A DNA stretch of 64,000 bases from an uncultured Erythrobacter sp. (GCA_947502815.1 CANNBH010000001.1:1582818-1646817); one strand, 5' to 3'; shown: positions 20,265 through 31,846, counted from the stretch's first letter. Program-made: numbers and translations. The notes: generated from the sequence alone by a model not told the origin.

Positions 20265-20954
20265 TCAGTGGTAGCGCCGCAAAAGCCCTGCAAGTTTGCC
20301 TTGGACCTGCACCTCTTCCGCACCATAGACCTGCGGGTCATAGGCCGAATTGGCAGGGTCAAGCCGGACCATGCCGCTATCCTTGTGGAGATATTTGAGC
20401 GTGGCTTCTTCTCCGCGGACAAGCGCAACAACGATTTCGCCATCACGCGCGCTATCTGTCCGGCGGACAAGCGCGAAATCACCATCAAAGATACCCGCCT
20501 CAACCATAGAATCGCCTGACACTTCTAGTGCGTAATGCTCACCCGGCCCAAGCAAGGCAGCCGGAACTGGAAGCGAGGTTTGCCCCTCCAACGCCTCTAT
20601 CGGCGCGCCCGCAGCAATGCGGCCATGGAGCGGTATCTCAATCACGTCATTGGCCGGTTCCGGTGCCGCCATTGCCGGTTTAGCCATCGCACCAACTGCA
20701 TCATTCGCAGCCCTAGTCGCGCGCGGCGCAGGGGTCGCGTCTTCTGGCATTTTGATGACTTCCAAAGCGCGCGCCCGATTGGGCAGACGCCGGATAAAGC
20801 CGCGTTCTTCCAGTGCAGAGATCAAGCGATGAACGCCCGATTTGCTCTTGAGGTCGAGCGCTTCCTTCATCTCTTCGAAACTTGGCGAGATGCCGGTTTC
20901 TTCAAGCCGCTCTTGAATGAAGCGGATCAATTCGTGTTGCTTTGCCGTTAACAT
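20265..20954 (-). CDS. lexA: LexA repressor
   Basis: [17 protein letters not shown] start, IAAG cleavage site, GDSM catalytic Ser, ATLK catalytic Lys. Start taken at 20954 rather than the ORF-track 21116. Confidence 0.96.
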   Translation of the reverse strand: MLTAKQHELIRFIQERLEETGISPSFEEMKEALDLKSKSGVHRLISALEERGFIRRLPNRARALEVIKMPEDATPAPRATRAANDAVGAMAKPAMAAPEPANDVIEIPLHGRIAAGAPIEALEGQTSLPVPAALLGPGEHYALEVSGDSMVEAGIFDGDFALVRRTDSARDGEIVVALVRGEEATLKYLHKDSGMVRLDPANSAYDPQVYGAEEVQVQGKLAGLLRRYH

Positions 20955-21099
20955 GGGCAAACTCCCTAAGGCGCACCGCCCCGCGCATCTCCAAGTGCAG
21001 AAACACACGCAGTGCCAAACTGTATGACCCGCAGAGGCACCGCCCAATGCATGATTGGCGGGTGGTGCATTCCAAGCCGTGTTCGCGCACCGATATGGT

Positions 21100-21125
21100 G
21101 AACGAATACAGAACAAGTAGGCAAC
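21100..21125 (-). promoter_or_regulatory. Alphaproteobacterial SOS box(es) upstream of lexA
   Basis: gaac gaataca gaac aagtagg caac = GAAC-N7-GAAC plus an overlapping GAAC-N7-CAAC (consensus GTTC-N7-GTTC on the other strand). Confidence 0.85.
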
Positions 21126-21179
21126 CTAGAATTTCAAGTCAAGCGCGTACAATCCACAAACCCGCACGATTCAGCCATT

Positions 21180-22349
21180 TTACAGAATATAGACCGGAAC
21201 ATCGTCTCCGATTGATACCGCACCTGATCCAGCGGGCCGGTCTATCAAGCAATTGGCCGATGCCAATGCCAGCAGCGCGCTGGAATCTTGAGAGGCTGCG
21301 CGTCCCACGCCGCTGCCATCGCTGATCCCGCGCACGAATTCCCTGCGTGCTCCGATGGCGGGCAGGGCCTCTCTTGCTTGCAAGTGAGAGACTTTGGGTA
21401 GCGGGGCCGGGTGCCCTATCGCAGCGCGCAGCAACGGGAGGGCAAAGAGGAATGCAGTAACAAAGCTCGATACCGGATTACCCGGCAGGCCCAAGATCAC
21501 CTGTGAGCCTTTGGTCGCAACCATCAACGGCTTACCCGGCTTGATCGCGACCTTCCAAAAGGCAAGCTGCGCACCCCATTCGCGCAGCGCCTGTTGGATG
21601 AGATCGTGATCCCCCACCGACGCGCCGCCAGACGTGATGAGGATGTCTGCGTCTTCCGACCGCTGGAGCGCGGCGGCTAGGGCGGTCAGATCATCACCAA
21701 CCGGGCCCAGACGAACGACTTCTCCCACCAATGGCCCCGCCATTGCAGCGATCATGGCTCCGTTGCTAGCGGGGATTTGATCGGGCCCGCATTGGGTTGG
21801 ATCCCGCGCCAATTCGTCACCGCTGTCGAGGATCGCGACTTTTGGGATGCGCTTTGTTTGCACGCATTTGTGGCCAGAGGACAGCGCCAGCGCGATTTGC
21901 GCAGGACCCATTTGAGTACCAGCGCCAAGCACCGTATCGCCAACCGCGAAGTCAAAGCCTTGCTTACGCACATGGCGGCCGAGCTCTGGTGTGTCCTGCG
22001 CGCTCACAGTCCCGTTAGAGACAACCGCATTTTCCTGAATCAGCACGCTTTCGCCGCCATCCGGCATATGCGCCCCGGTGGAGATGCGGATTGCCTGACC
22101 CGATGTCAGCGCAGCCCCGAACGCAGCGCCTGCGCGGCTCTCCCCGATGAGGCTCCATGGGCCGTTGCCTGCAATCGCGTATCCATCCATCGCAGAGAGG
22201 TCTGACGGGGGCTGAGTGCGGTTTGCGATTAGGTCATGCGCCAAGAACCGGCCAAGCGATGCCTCAACATCCACCTCTTCAGCGCCCAAATCGGGCACAA
22301 GGGCCAGCAGACGTTCCTGCGCTTCTTCAAGGGTGAGCATACCGCTCAT
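21180..22349 (-). CDS. moeA: Molybdopterin molybdotransferase
   Basis: [33 protein letters not shown] motifs; ATG at 22349 overlaps the moaC stop. Confidence 0.93.
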   Translation of the reverse strand: MSGMLTLEEAQERLLALVPDLGAEEVDVEASLGRFLAHDLIANRTQPPSDLSAMDGYAIAGNGPWSLIGESRAGAAFGAALTSGQAIRISTGAHMPDGGESVLIQENAVVSNGTVSAQDTPELGRHVRKQGFDFAVGDTVLGAGTQMGPAQIALALSSGHKCVQTKRIPKVAILDSGDELARDPTQCGPDQIPASNGAMIAAMAGPLVGEVVRLGPVGDDLTALAAALQRSEDADILITSGGASVGDHDLIQQALREWGAQLAFWKVAIKPGKPLMVATKGSQVILGLPGNPVSSFVTAFLFALPLLRAAIGHPAPLPKVSHLQAREALPAIGARREFVRGISDGSGVGRAASQDSSALLALASANCLIDRPAGSGAVSIGDDVPVYIL

Positions 22350-22822
22350 ACGGCAGGGCCCCTCCAAGTGCCTGACTTGCCTCCGCGTTTCTCGATCAGG
22401 CGGACCTCACCGATCACCATCGCTTTGTCGATGGCTTTTGCCATGTCGTATATCGTGAGCAGGGCCGTCGATACGGCCACCATAGCCTCCATCTCAACGC
22501 CGGTTTTGCCAGTTAGCGATGCGGAGGCGGTGGCGCGGATGCCCCCCTCTTCAAACGCAAAGTCGACGGTGACCGATTCCAGCCCAAGAGGGTGGCACAG
22601 CGGGATCAGTTCGCCCGTCCGTTTGGCTGCCATGATGCCGGCGATGCGCGCGGTGCCCAGCACGTCGCCTTTGGGGGCATCGCCTTCGCGGATTGCGGCG
22701 AGCGATTGCGGGGACATCGTGATGCAGCCCGAAGCGATGGCGATACGGTGCGTTTCGGCCTTTGCACTGACATCGACCATGCGCGCCGCGCCATCTTCAC
22801 CCAAATGCGTCAAACCATTCAT
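22346..22822 (-). CDS. moaC: Cyclic pyranopterin monophosphate synthase
   Basis: THL...ARMVDVS, LIPLCHP, TGVEMEA, IYDMAKA motifs. Confidence 0.96.
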   Translation of the reverse strand: MNGLTHLGEDGAARMVDVSAKAETHRIAIASGCITMSPQSLAAIREGDAPKGDVLGTARIAGIMAAKRTGELIPLCHPLGLESVTVDFAFEEGGIRATASASLTGKTGVEMEAMVAVSTALLTIYDMAKAIDKAMVIGEVRLIEKRGGKSGTWRGPAV

Positions 22823-23001
22823 TTTCAGACCTTTAACACTGACATCTCAAGAGACATGGACCGCATGTTACACGGTCCAAGGGGCAAAATCACCCACCCC
22901 CAATGGGAGCGATTGTGGGTGCTGGATTCGATCGTATGCAAGGGCATAGCGTCCGTCATGCCACGCCCCGTCGATGTAGGACAGTGCGGCTTTTGATGAG
23001 A

Positions 23002-23790
23002 CTACTTGCCCAAAAGAGCGCGCGTGGCGGCGGCAACATCGTCCGCGCGCATCAGGCTTTCCCCGACTAGGAACGTGTTCACCCCGCTTTTGGAAAGCCG
23101 AACACAATCGTCATTCGTGGCAATACCGCTTTCCCCCACGATCAGGGCGCTCTTCGGCACCATTGGCGCGAGCCGCTCCGTCGTTTCAAGCGATGTTGTG
23201 AATGTCTTGAGATCGCGGTTGTTCACCCCGATCAATTGCGAGGACAAATGCGTCAGCGCGCGTTCCATCTCCGCCTCATCATGCACTTCGATCAGGATAT
23301 CCATGCTGACCTCGCGCGCGGCGGCTTCAATCTCGCGCATTTGGCCGTCGTCTAAGGCAGCGACGATGATCAGGATCGCATCCGCTCCCATCGCCCGCGC
23401 TTCTAGGCACTGCCATGGATCAACCATAAAGTCCTTGCGCAGCACCGGCAGATCGCAGGCCGCGCGCGCCGCAATCAGATAATCTTCGTGACCTTGGAAA
23501 TAGGGAGCGTCGGTCAGCACAGACAAACACGCCGCGCCGCCCGATTGATAGGCGGCCGCGTGGTCCGCCGGGCGAAAATCTTCGCGGATAAGCCCTTTGG
23601 AAGGGCTGGCTTTCTTGATCTCTGCGATCAGACCAAAGCCTGCTTCACTGGCAGCGCGCAGGGCATTTTCAAACCCGCGCACCGGGCTTTGTTCGCTCGC
23701 CCGGCGTTCCAATTCAGGAATCGAAATTGCGGCCTTTCGCGCGGCCACTTCGGTCACCTTGTGCGCGCAGATTTCTTCCAGCTTGTTCAT
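23002..23790 (-). CDS. trpC: Indole-3-glycerol phosphate synthase
   Basis: [30 protein letters not shown] motifs. Confidence 0.97.
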   Translation of the reverse strand: MNKLEEICAHKVTEVAARKAAISIPELERRASEQSPVRGFENALRAASEAGFGLIAEIKKASPSKGLIREDFRPADHAAAYQSGGAACLSVLTDAPYFQGHEDYLIAARAACDLPVLRKDFMVDPWQCLEARAMGADAILIIVAALDDGQMREIEAAAREVSMDILIEVHDEAEMERALTHLSSQLIGVNNRDLKTFTTSLETTERLAPMVPKSALIVGESGIATNDDCVRLSKSGVNTFLVGESLMRADDVAAATRALLGK

Positions 23791-24779
23791 ATCGCCAGCG
23801 CAATCCAGTCTTCCAGCAGTTTCTTAGCCCGTCCGCTGTCAATCGCCTCTGCGGCCAAGGCCACACGGTCCTCCCAATCGCTGCCTTTGTGCGCGACTTG
23901 CAGCGCGCCTGCGGCGTTGAACAAGACTGCGTCGCGGTAAGGGCCGGGTGCGCCCATGAACAAAGCGCGCAGCGCGGCGGCGTTGTGAACCGCATCATCG
24001 CCTCTGATCGCCTCAATCGGGGCGGTCGGCACGCCAGCATCATCGGGGTGAACGCGCTGCATTTCAAACGCATTGCCGGTAACGACAGCAACCTCATTGC
24101 CGCCGGCCAAGCTCAATTCATCAAGCCCTTCATCACCCGATACGATCAGCGAACGGCCTGTGCCCAATTTGGCCAAAGCGCCCGCATAGATCGGCACATA
24201 GGCCGGCCGGGCAATCCCGATAAGCTGGCTTTCCACCGCTGCGGGGTTGGAAAGCGGGCCCATCAGGTTGAAGATCGTGCGCTTACCAATCTTTGTGCGG
24301 ATCGGTTGAATGCGGCCCATCGCGGGATGATGGTTTTTGGCAAAGAGGAAACAAATGCCCAGCTCATTCAGCGTTTTTTCTGCGGTGTGGCCTGCTGCAT
24401 CCATATCAAGACCCAACGCCTCCAGCGTGTCCGCCGCGCCTGCTTTGGAAGAGGCCGCACGGTTGCCATGTTTCGCCACCGGCACACCGCAGGCTGCAAC
24501 CACCAAACTGACGGCGGTGGACACATTCAAAGTATGATGGCCATCGCCGCCGGTGCCGCAGACATCAATCGCGCCTTTGGGGGCATCAATCGGGATCAGC
24601 CGCGCGCGCAAAGCCCGCGCTGCTCCGGCGATTTCATTCGAGGTTTCGCCGCGCGCGGAAAGGTCGATCAGGAATTGCTCAATCTCCTCCTCGCTGGGCG
24701 CGCCATCGAGCAGCGTTCCAAAGGCGGTTTCCGCCTCAGTTTCCGTCAGGGGATTTGTAACGTCGGGCAGAACGCTCAT
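23787..24779 (-). CDS. trpD: Anthranilate phosphoribosyltransferase
   Basis: [23 protein letters not shown] motifs. Confidence 0.97.
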   Translation of the reverse strand: MSVLPDVTNPLTETEAETAFGTLLDGAPSEEEIEQFLIDLSARGETSNEIAGAARALRARLIPIDAPKGAIDVCGTGGDGHHTLNVSTAVSLVVAACGVPVAKHGNRAASSKAGAADTLEALGLDMDAAGHTAEKTLNELGICFLFAKNHHPAMGRIQPIRTKIGKRTIFNLMGPLSNPAAVESQLIGIARPAYVPIYAGALAKLGTGRSLIVSGDEGLDELSLAGGNEVAVVTGNAFEMQRVHPDDAGVPTAPIEAIRGDDAVHNAAALRALFMGAPGPYRDAVLFNAAGALQVAHKGSDWEDRVALAAEAIDSGRAKKLLEDWIALAI

Positions 24780-25399
24780 GCAGAAACTCTTTCGGGCAGG
24801 CGCGCATCGACGCCGCAGATTTTCAAGAAGTTGGCGAGCAGCGCGTGACCGTGATCGGTCGCGATGCTTTCAGGATGGAACTGCACCCCGTGAATGGGCA
24901 GGGTTTCGTGGCGAAAGCCCATGACACTCGCGGCTGCGATGCCGGGCGTATCAGCATGGGCGTTGGCAATCAGGCAGGGCGGAATATCGACCACTTCCAA
25001 ACTGTGATACCGGGTCGCGGTGTAGGGTGAGGGCAGCCCTTCAAAAACGCCCGTTCCGTCATGCGTCACTGGCGAGGTTTTGCCATGCATCAAACCGCCG
25101 CGCGTGACGGTGCCGCCAAAATGCTGACCGATGGATTGATGCCCCAAACACACACCCAGCAATGGCGTTTCGCTATCCGCACAGGCCGCCACCAGATCGA
25201 GGCTGATCCCGGCTTCGTTAGGAGTGCAGGGGCCGGGAGAAATCAGCAGGCCTTTTGCTCCGCTCGCAATCGCATCGCTGGCGGTCATGGCATCGTTCCG
25301 CTCAACCCGCACATTCGCGCCCAATTCCATTAGGTAATGGACAAGGTTGAAGGTGAAGCTGTCGTAATTGTCGATGACGAGGATGTCGGCTGCGCTCAT
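24776..25399 (-). CDS. trpG: Anthranilate synthase component II (glutamine amidotransferase)
   Basis: [26 protein letters not shown] motifs. Confidence 0.96.
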   Translation of the reverse strand: MSAADILVIDNYDSFTFNLVHYLMELGANVRVERNDAMTASDAIASGAKGLLISPGPCTPNEAGISLDLVAACADSETPLLGVCLGHQSIGQHFGGTVTRGGLMHGKTSPVTHDGTGVFEGLPSPYTATRYHSLEVVDIPPCLIANAHADTPGIAAASVMGFRHETLPIHGVQFHPESIATDHGHALLANFLKICGVDARLPERVSA

Positions 25400-26370
25400 G
25401 TCTTGCCCGCCAGTTTATCCGTTGCGCGCACCAAGCCATCGATTATGCCGGGTTCGCTGGCGCTGTGCCCTGCGTCATGCACCATCCACAATTCTGCATT
25501 GGGCAGGGCCTTCTTCATTTCCCACGCTGCGCCGGGCGGGGTGCAGATGTCGTGGCGGCCTTGAACAATGATGGTTGGAATATGCGCGATCTTGTGCGCA
25601 TCGCGGACCAATTGCGCCTCTTCCAAGAAGAAGTCCTCAAGGAAGAACCGCGCGCAAATCCGCGCGAACGGCACCGCCTTGGATGGATCTTCGAATTCGG
25701 CCAGCAGGTCTTCGTTCGGCAGCAAAGTCGCGACTGTGCCTTCCCACAAGGACCACTCCTTGGCCGCGGCAAGCTGCGTCGCTTCATCGTCGCTGGTCAA
25801 ACGGGCGTAATAGGCCGTCACTAGGTCGCCGCGCTCATCCTCTGGGATAAGAGCGGTGAATTGATCCCATTGCTCGGCCATAATCTCGCTCGCGCCATAG
25901 CGGTATAGCCAGCCTTTTTCGCGTTGCCGCGCCAGAAATACGCCGCGCAAGACAATCTCTGTCGTGCGATCGGGATGTTTTTGGGAATAGGCGAGCGCGA
26001 GCGTCGCGCCCCAGCTTCCGCCGAACACTTGCCATGCTTCGTGCCCGCACATTTCGCGCAGGCGCTCAATATCCGCCACGATGCGCCATGTGTCGTTGTT
26101 TTCGATCTCCGCAAAGGGAAGCGATTGGCCGCATCCGCGTTGGTCAAACAACAGCACATCGTAAAGTTCTGGGTCCCACTGGCGGCGGTGGCTTGGTGAC
26201 ATGCCGCCGCCGGGCCCGCCATGCAGAAACACGGCGGGTTTTGCGCCGGGCGTGCCGCAGCGCTCGTAATACAGCTGATGTCCGTCTCCGACATCGAGCA
26301 TACCGGTCTCATAGGGCTCAATCTCAGGATACAGCGTCCGGCCATAGGAAAGCATGTTTGAGTTGCCCAT
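25396..26370 (-). CDS. pip: Proline iminopeptidase
   Basis: [30 protein letters not shown] nucleophile, GRHD, DAGHS. Start taken at 26370, coupled to the upstream stop. Confidence 0.93.
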   Translation of the reverse strand: MGNSNMLSYGRTLYPEIEPYETGMLDVGDGHQLYYERCGTPGAKPAVFLHGGPGGGMSPSHRRQWDPELYDVLLFDQRGCGQSLPFAEIENNDTWRIVADIERLREMCGHEAWQVFGGSWGATLALAYSQKHPDRTTEIVLRGVFLARQREKGWLYRYGASEIMAEQWDQFTALIPEDERGDLVTAYYARLTSDDEATQLAAAKEWSLWEGTVATLLPNEDLLAEFEDPSKAVPFARICARFFLEDFFLEEAQLVRDAHKIAHIPTIIVQGRHDICTPPGAAWEMKKALPNAELWMVHDAGHSASEPGIIDGLVRATDKLAGKT

Positions 26371-27260
26371 CACTTCACCTTTACGACCAACAGCGGGCCG
26401 ACCCGGCGCGAATCCATCCGGCCGGTGGCAGGATCCCACAAAGAGGAGATGTTGCCATCAAGAAACAGCGCGTTGGGAACCTTCACCTCGTCGCGGAAAA
26501 AGCGCGCCAACTGGCCAAAAGACAGCGGCGCATCGGAGATTACAAAATGCGCCTTGCCCGATGCATCAATACCGACCCCGTTGCGCAAGGCTTTGGACGG
26601 GCCATTGTCCTGAATCTCAGGATGCAATTCACCGTTCAAGACCAGCATCGGGCCTGATTGCGTGCCAAATTGCGGCCTGTCGCCAATTGTGCGCAGAAAG
26701 GCTTCGCTATCCAAAATGCGCCAGCGGCCATTGCTGCCAAAAAACACGCCGTTGGGCTTTAGGTAGAAATTGCCGCTGCCGTCGCCCCGGTTCAATTCCA
26801 CCAAGCGATCAGAATCTTGGACGAAATAGCCAACCGCCTTTAGATCATCGCCGTACATCCCGGCGTTCATCACAAAGGCAATATCGCTTTCATTGCGTCC
26901 TGCGGCCCATCCTTCGATTGTGCCAAAATTGCTGCCGCTGGTTGGGGCAAGGGCGGCGCTGATACTGTGTTGGGCCGGATCGGCGATGCAATGGGTAAGG
27001 GCAACGCCTTCAAATTCGGTTGCGGTGCAGGGCCCAGTTGATGCGGCGGCGGCGAGTTCTTCGTCGCTAGCGCCCTCTTCGGCAGAAAGATCGGGTGTGG
27101 CCGGAACCGGATCGCCCAATTCGGCTCTCACAACGGGCTCCCCTTCCGGCTGCGCATCACAGGCGGACAGGGACAGAATGGCTGACAGAGCGGCAATTGC
27201 GCACATGATCGGCGTGTTGGCGGTGTTCATCAAAGGACCCTTGGTTTGATTAGGTGTCAT
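26370..27260 (-). CDS. Putative lipoprotein, phosphodiester glycosidase (NAGPA/YigE-like) family
   Basis: Lipobox-like LSLSAC; MNAGMY, FYLKPNGVF, QSGPML, RNGVG, ALFLDGNIS motifs. ATG at 27260 overlaps the trpE stop. Confidence 0.8.
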   Translation of the reverse strand: MTPNQTKGPLMNTANTPIMCAIAALSAILSLSACDAQPEGEPVVRAELGDPVPATPDLSAEEGASDEELAAAASTGPCTATEFEGVALTHCIADPAQHSISAALAPTSGSNFGTIEGWAAGRNESDIAFVMNAGMYGDDLKAVGYFVQDSDRLVELNRGDGSGNFYLKPNGVFFGSNGRWRILDSEAFLRTIGDRPQFGTQSGPMLVLNGELHPEIQDNGPSKALRNGVGIDASGKAHFVISDAPLSFGQLARFFRDEVKVPNALFLDGNISSLWDPATGRMDSRRVGPLLVVKVK

Positions 27261-28822
27261 TGGCCGAAACCCGGCTCGCTCGCAACGCGAACCGCTTCGC
27301 GTGCAGCTGCGATCAAAGCGCCAGCCTTTGCCCGGCATTCGGCCAGTTCATAATCGGGATCGCTGTCGGCCACAATTCCCGCGCCAGCCTGCACATGCAT
27401 CGTGCCTTCCTTGACCACGGCTGTGCGCAAAACAATGCACGAATCCACCGAGCCGTCAGGCGCAAAATACCCGACGCCGCCAGCATAGGCCCCGCGTGTT
27501 TCCGGCTCCAACTCAGCGATAATTTCGCACGCTCGGATTTTTGGTGCCCCAGACACGGTTCCTGCAGGGAACCCTGCGAACAAGGCGTCGATCGCGTCTT
27601 TGTCTGGCGCCAATTCGCCGATCACATTGCTGACGATGTGCATCACATGGCTGTATCGTTCGACGGTGAAGCTGTCGGTGACTTCGACGCTTCCTCGACC
27701 CGCCACTCTGCCCACATCATTGCGCCCCAGATCGAGCAGCATCAGATGCTCTGCCCGTTCTTTTGCATCGGCGAGCAGGCTGGCTTCATTGGCGTCGTCT
27801 TCTGCCCGGCTTGCCCCTCTAGGGCGGGTGCCTGCGATGGGCCGGATTGTCACTTCGCCGTCTCTTACGCGGACCAGAATTTCTGGGCTTGATCCAACGA
27901 TGGCAAATCCGGGTAGGTCGAGGAAATAGAGAAAAGGCGACGGGTTTACACGGCGCAAACTGCGATAAAGCTCAATCGGGGGCAGCTCGAATGGGCACGT
28001 GAAGCGTTGGGCCAAGACGACCTGAAAGATGTCTCCGGCAAGGATGTAATCCTTGGCTTTTAATGCCAGCGCCTTGTAATCCTCTGCCGCCATGACCGGG
28101 GTCAATTCTGGCATGGCAAGATCGGCGGAGGCGCGCGGTGCTGCGGGGCTGGGCTGGGTTAAGGCGCGCAGGGTTTCATCAATCCGCTCTGATGCCAGAT
28201 CAATGCTGGCAGCCGGGTCGGCCGCTTCCCAAATCGGAGCGATGCAAAACAGCTCATCCGACAGGCCATCAAACACAAGGATGACGGTTGGGCGCACAAA
28301 CAACATATCGGGCAGCGCCAATTCACTGGGCGCAGCGCGCGGCAGTTTTTCGACCAGCCCTATTGTTTCATAGCCGAAATAGCCGACCAAACAGGCGAGC
28401 GCCGGGGGCAATGCGTCTGGCACATCAATCCGGCAGCTATCGGCCAAGGCGCGCAATTGAGCCATGGCGTTGCCCTCTCCGCCATTCCCACCGCCGCAAG
28501 GTTCAAACGCGTCGCGGTCAATCTTCCAATTGCGGTTGATGGCCGCGCTGGTGTCGCTGGCCCGAAACACCAAATCTGGATCAAGGCCAAGCAGGCTATA
28601 ACGCCCGCGAACTTCGCCCCCTTCGACAGATTCGAGCAGGAAATCGCCCCGGCCCGGCTCAATCAATCGGCGTGCCGCCCCAACTGGTGTGTCGCTGTCG
28701 GCAACAATTTTGCGCCACACCAACGCAGGCTGACCCAACGCCAACGCCTCAGCGGCAATTGCGGCATTTTCTAACCCAATGGGCAACGAACCGTTTGGCG
28801 AAGGGGCGGCGGTGTCTGTCAC
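27257..28822 (-). CDS. trpE: Anthranilate synthase component I
   Basis: FLLESVEGG, GDIFQVV, NPSPF, RPIAGTRPRG, KERAEHLMLLDLGRND, GTVSGAPK motifs. Confidence 0.97.
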   Translation of the reverse strand: MTDTAAPSPNGSLPIGLENAAIAAEALALGQPALVWRKIVADSDTPVGAARRLIEPGRGDFLLESVEGGEVRGRYSLLGLDPDLVFRASDTSAAINRNWKIDRDAFEPCGGGNGGEGNAMAQLRALADSCRIDVPDALPPALACLVGYFGYETIGLVEKLPRAAPSELALPDMLFVRPTVILVFDGLSDELFCIAPIWEAADPAASIDLASERIDETLRALTQPSPAAPRASADLAMPELTPVMAAEDYKALALKAKDYILAGDIFQVVLAQRFTCPFELPPIELYRSLRRVNPSPFLYFLDLPGFAIVGSSPEILVRVRDGEVTIRPIAGTRPRGASRAEDDANEASLLADAKERAEHLMLLDLGRNDVGRVAGRGSVEVTDSFTVERYSHVMHIVSNVIGELAPDKDAIDALFAGFPAGTVSGAPKIRACEIIAELEPETRGAYAGGVGYFAPDGSVDSCIVLRTAVVKEGTMHVQAGAGIVADSDPDYELAECRAKAGALIAAAREAVRVASEPGFGQ

Positions 28823-28852
28823 GCTACGATCAAATACATCAAACGTGCGCGC

Positions 28853-30790
28853 TCAGCTTTCGCCGGAGAGTGTTTTGCGCATTGTCTCAATCGCTTCTTC
28901 GTTGCGTTCCACGCCGACTTCGGCCCGGATCGCGCGCGACAACTGGTTGTTGTATTCAGATGCCAAAACTTCGGCGAAGCGTGCCTGAGTGTTTGCAATC
29001 AAATCGCTGTCTTCGTCGATTGGGTCGACTTCGATCCGGTCCAGATCGACGACGAACCAGCCCAGATTGTTTGCCTCTTCCAGCACCTTTGTCGAATTGC
29101 TGGCCATAGAAAACAGCAGCACAAGAGGCGCAGGTACGCGCTGGCTTTGATCGGCCAACAGGTCGCTGCGGGTCAGGTTGATGTTTTCGATCTGAGTCAG
29201 CGCGGAGTTTTCCGTGCGCATCGCCTCGCTCAGACTTGTTCCGCCGCGCACCGCTTCAAGGATGCGGTTGGCGGCTTCACCGGCGAGTTTGTTCCCTTCA
29301 GCGCGGGTCCAAGCAAAGCTAACCTGATCGCGCACTTCGTCCAAAGGTGGAGCGCTGCTTTCGGTGATGTCGGAAACGTCAAAGATAAGGAACTGCACAC
29401 CCGGCACCAATTCAGCGAGCTGCGGGCTGCTTTCATCCATCTGAAACGCCGTATCGACGATTGGGCGCAATTGCGGGGCAATGCCTTGTTCGAACGATCC
29501 AAACTGCCGCCCGTCGGACAGGACATTCTCGATCACATTGACCTCTAGGCCGAATTGCGTGGCAACATCGGTTAGCGACGTTCCGCTTTCGACCATGTCT
29601 TCAATCTGATCGCTCATATCGATCATCGCTTGTTCGCGAGCTTCGTTTTGCAGTTGAACGGAGATTTCGTCGCTGACATCGCCAATGGTGCGCGCGGGGA
29701 TGTTTTCAACGTTATCCACCCGGGCGATCACAAACCCAACCGCGCCGCGCGCAGGATCGGCCACGCTGCCTTCTTCGCTGGCAAACACGTTTTGTGCCAA
29801 GGCAGGTGTGTTTTCGGCGGCCATGGCCGCGCGGTCAATCGCTTCGCTGGAAGAGACTTGAAATCCTGCTTCGGCCGCGGCTGCTTCCATCGAAACCCCG
29901 CCGCGAATACGCGCAACAAGAGCATCGGCAGAGGCCTGTGTCGGTGCGACAAAAGAGCTGATTGCGCGCAGTTCGGTCGCGGCATATTGGGCCGCGTTTT
30001 CCTCAAAACGCTCAGCAATTTGAGCAGGCGTGGGGGTTATTTCAGCGTCAACATTCGCTGGGCTGAAACCTGTGAAGCGGATCGTCCGCCGTTCTGGCAC
30101 AACATAATCTTCGGTGTTTTCGGCGTAATAGGCTGCCAAGGCTTCGTCGCTGGGGCCATTTTCCGGGGCAAAGGCGACGCTGGGGATAAGGCCGACATCG
30201 CCAATACGGCGCTCCAACGCCAACGCTGAATATTGCCGCGCCATCGCCTCTGGCATCCGGGCCGAACCGAGGGCAGGGCGCAACACCTGCTGCGCCAGCA
30301 AGCCATCACCAATATCGCGGCGCAAAATAGCATCGGTCAGGTTCTGATCGCGCAACGCACGTTCATAGGCGGTTTGATCGAAATTCCCGTTAAAATCGAG
30401 GAAGGCCCCGATTTGGAGGAGTTCGCTGTTCACCAGATTTTCGCCCGCGCGCAGGCCATGATCCTGTGCAAACATGCCCAAGGCATACCGGTCGATAAAC
30501 AGTTCCAATTCGCCTTCGAGCCCGCCGCCTGCAACAAATTCCGGCATTGTCAGCGTGGGATTGTCAGCGCGCGCACGCCGCAACGCGTTGTTCGCAGCCG
30601 CTTCAATTTCTGCAGCCGACAGTGTTTCATCACCAACAGAGGCGATTTTTTCATCACCGGCCAATCCGCCAAAAGTCGACGATCCGGATATGTCACTGGC
30701 GGCAAAGGCCAAGGCGACAACCACCAAAAACAGGATGAAGATGGGCAGGCCGATTTTCGATTGAAAAAAGTTGCGAAACATCGAAATCAT
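28853..30790 (-). CDS. ppiD: PpiD/SurA-like membrane-anchored periplasmic chaperone (peptidyl-prolyl isomerase family)
   Basis: N-terminal anchor (MISMFRN...IFILFLVVVALAF) followed by SurA-N-like and parvulin-like regions; tpiA-ppiD-trpE synteny. Confidence 0.8.
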   Translation of the reverse strand: MISMFRNFFQSKIGLPIFILFLVVVALAFAASDISGSSTFGGLAGDEKIASVGDETLSAAEIEAAANNALRRARADNPTLTMPEFVAGGGLEGELELFIDRYALGMFAQDHGLRAGENLVNSELLQIGAFLDFNGNFDQTAYERALRDQNLTDAILRRDIGDGLLAQQVLRPALGSARMPEAMARQYSALALERRIGDVGLIPSVAFAPENGPSDEALAAYYAENTEDYVVPERRTIRFTGFSPANVDAEITPTPAQIAERFEENAAQYAATELRAISSFVAPTQASADALVARIRGGVSMEAAAAEAGFQVSSSEAIDRAAMAAENTPALAQNVFASEEGSVADPARGAVGFVIARVDNVENIPARTIGDVSDEISVQLQNEAREQAMIDMSDQIEDMVESGTSLTDVATQFGLEVNVIENVLSDGRQFGSFEQGIAPQLRPIVDTAFQMDESSPQLAELVPGVQFLIFDVSDITESSAPPLDEVRDQVSFAWTRAEGNKLAGEAANRILEAVRGGTSLSEAMRTENSALTQIENINLTRSDLLADQSQRVPAPLVLLFSMASNSTKVLEEANNLGWFVVDLDRIEVDPIDEDSDLIANTQARFAEVLASEYNNQLSRAIRAEVGVERNEEAIETMRKTLSGES

Positions 30791-31078
30791 GGTGAAGTTC
30801 TTTCCGGTATTCGTAATCGTGGTATACCCATGCACAGCAAATATATGTGCCAGCAAAGGTGTTTTAAATGCTGCAACCTGCTTATGCCGGGCGACGCCTG
30901 CACAAGATGATCAAAAGCTTCGCACGCGCTTTATCCCGCCTGCGACCTCGCGGCAACAGGTTGGCGAAGCTTTTGACTAAACTATTTGTGTCAGCTAGCG
31001 GACGCCGCCGCACGACCCTACATGGGCTCAAGAATCAGAATTTGTGTTAGACGTTCCCCCTCTTGTATTCAGGATTAG

Positions 31079-31846
31079 ATGATGCCCCTGCGGCCCTATA
31101 TCGTTGGTAACTGGAAGATGCATGGCACACGCGCCATGCTATCCGAGGCGCGCGCAATCGACCGCGCGGCCCAGCGCCACATGAAAGTGGAGGTGGCGAT
31201 TGCGCCGCCTTACACCCTTATCCACCCTGTTCATCGCGAAGCTGAACAGATTGTCGTTGGCGCTCAAGATTGCCACGATCAAGAAAGCGGAGCGCACACG
31301 GGCGAGATTTCAGCCCCAATGTTGGCCGATGCTGGCGCGAAATTCGTCATTTTGGGTCACAGCGAACGGCGTCAGGCCCAGTCAGAAAACGACGCGTTGG
31401 TCCGTGCAAAGGCCGAAGCCGCGCTTTCCGCTGGCTTGCGGGTCATCATGTGCTGCGGCGAGTCTGAAAAATCCCGCGATGCGGGCAAAGCGCTCAGTTT
31501 TGTGAAAAAGCAGCTCAAAGCATCCTTGCCAGAGACGATTGAGGACGCAGCGGAAAAGCTGACTGTCGCGTATGAGCCAATCTGGGCGATCGGCACCGGC
31601 AAGACCGCAACGCCGGAAGACATCGGCGAAATGCACGGTGAAATCCGCAAATTGCTCGTTTCGTTGTTTGGCGAAGAAGACGGTTCAGAAATCCGCATCC
31701 TGTACGGCGGCTCTGTAAAGCCCGAAAATGCTGCGGAAATTTTGGGCGTGGCCGATGTGGGCGGCGCTTTGGTTGGCGGGGCCAGCCTGACCGCCGATAG
31801 CTTTATGGGTATCGCATTGGCTGCGGGTGAAGCCGAAGAGGGCTAA
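31079..31846 (+). CDS. tpiA: Triosephosphate isomerase
   Basis: GNWKM, GHSERR, AYEPIWAIGTG, LYGGSV, LVGGASL motifs. Confidence 0.98.
   Translation: MMPLRPYIVGNWKMHGTRAMLSEARAIDRAAQRHMKVEVAIAPPYTLIHPVHREAEQIVVGAQDCHDQESGAHTGEISAPMLADAGAKFVILGHSERRQAQSENDALVRAKAEAALSAGLRVIMCCGESEKSRDAGKALSFVKKQLKASLPETIEDAAEKLTVAYEPIWAIGTGKTATPEDIGEMHGEIRKLLVSLFGEEDGSEIRILYGGSVKPENAAEILGVADVGGALVGGASLTADSFMGIALAAGEAEEG

Noticed and set aside
20955-21116. 283-aa LexA as given in the ORF track
   Set aside because: The extension is Cys/Trp-rich, unlike LexA, and its start overlaps the SOS box; MLTAKQ is the typical N-terminus.
22823-23001. Moco riboswitch upstream of moaC
   Set aside because: The conserved Moco-motif elements I recall are not evident; kept only as a generic structured spacer.
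30974-30993. TGAC-N12-GTCA palindrome between ppiD and tpiA
   Set aside because: Only 4-bp arms, and the left arm coincides with a probable -35 TTGAC; too weak to call an operator.
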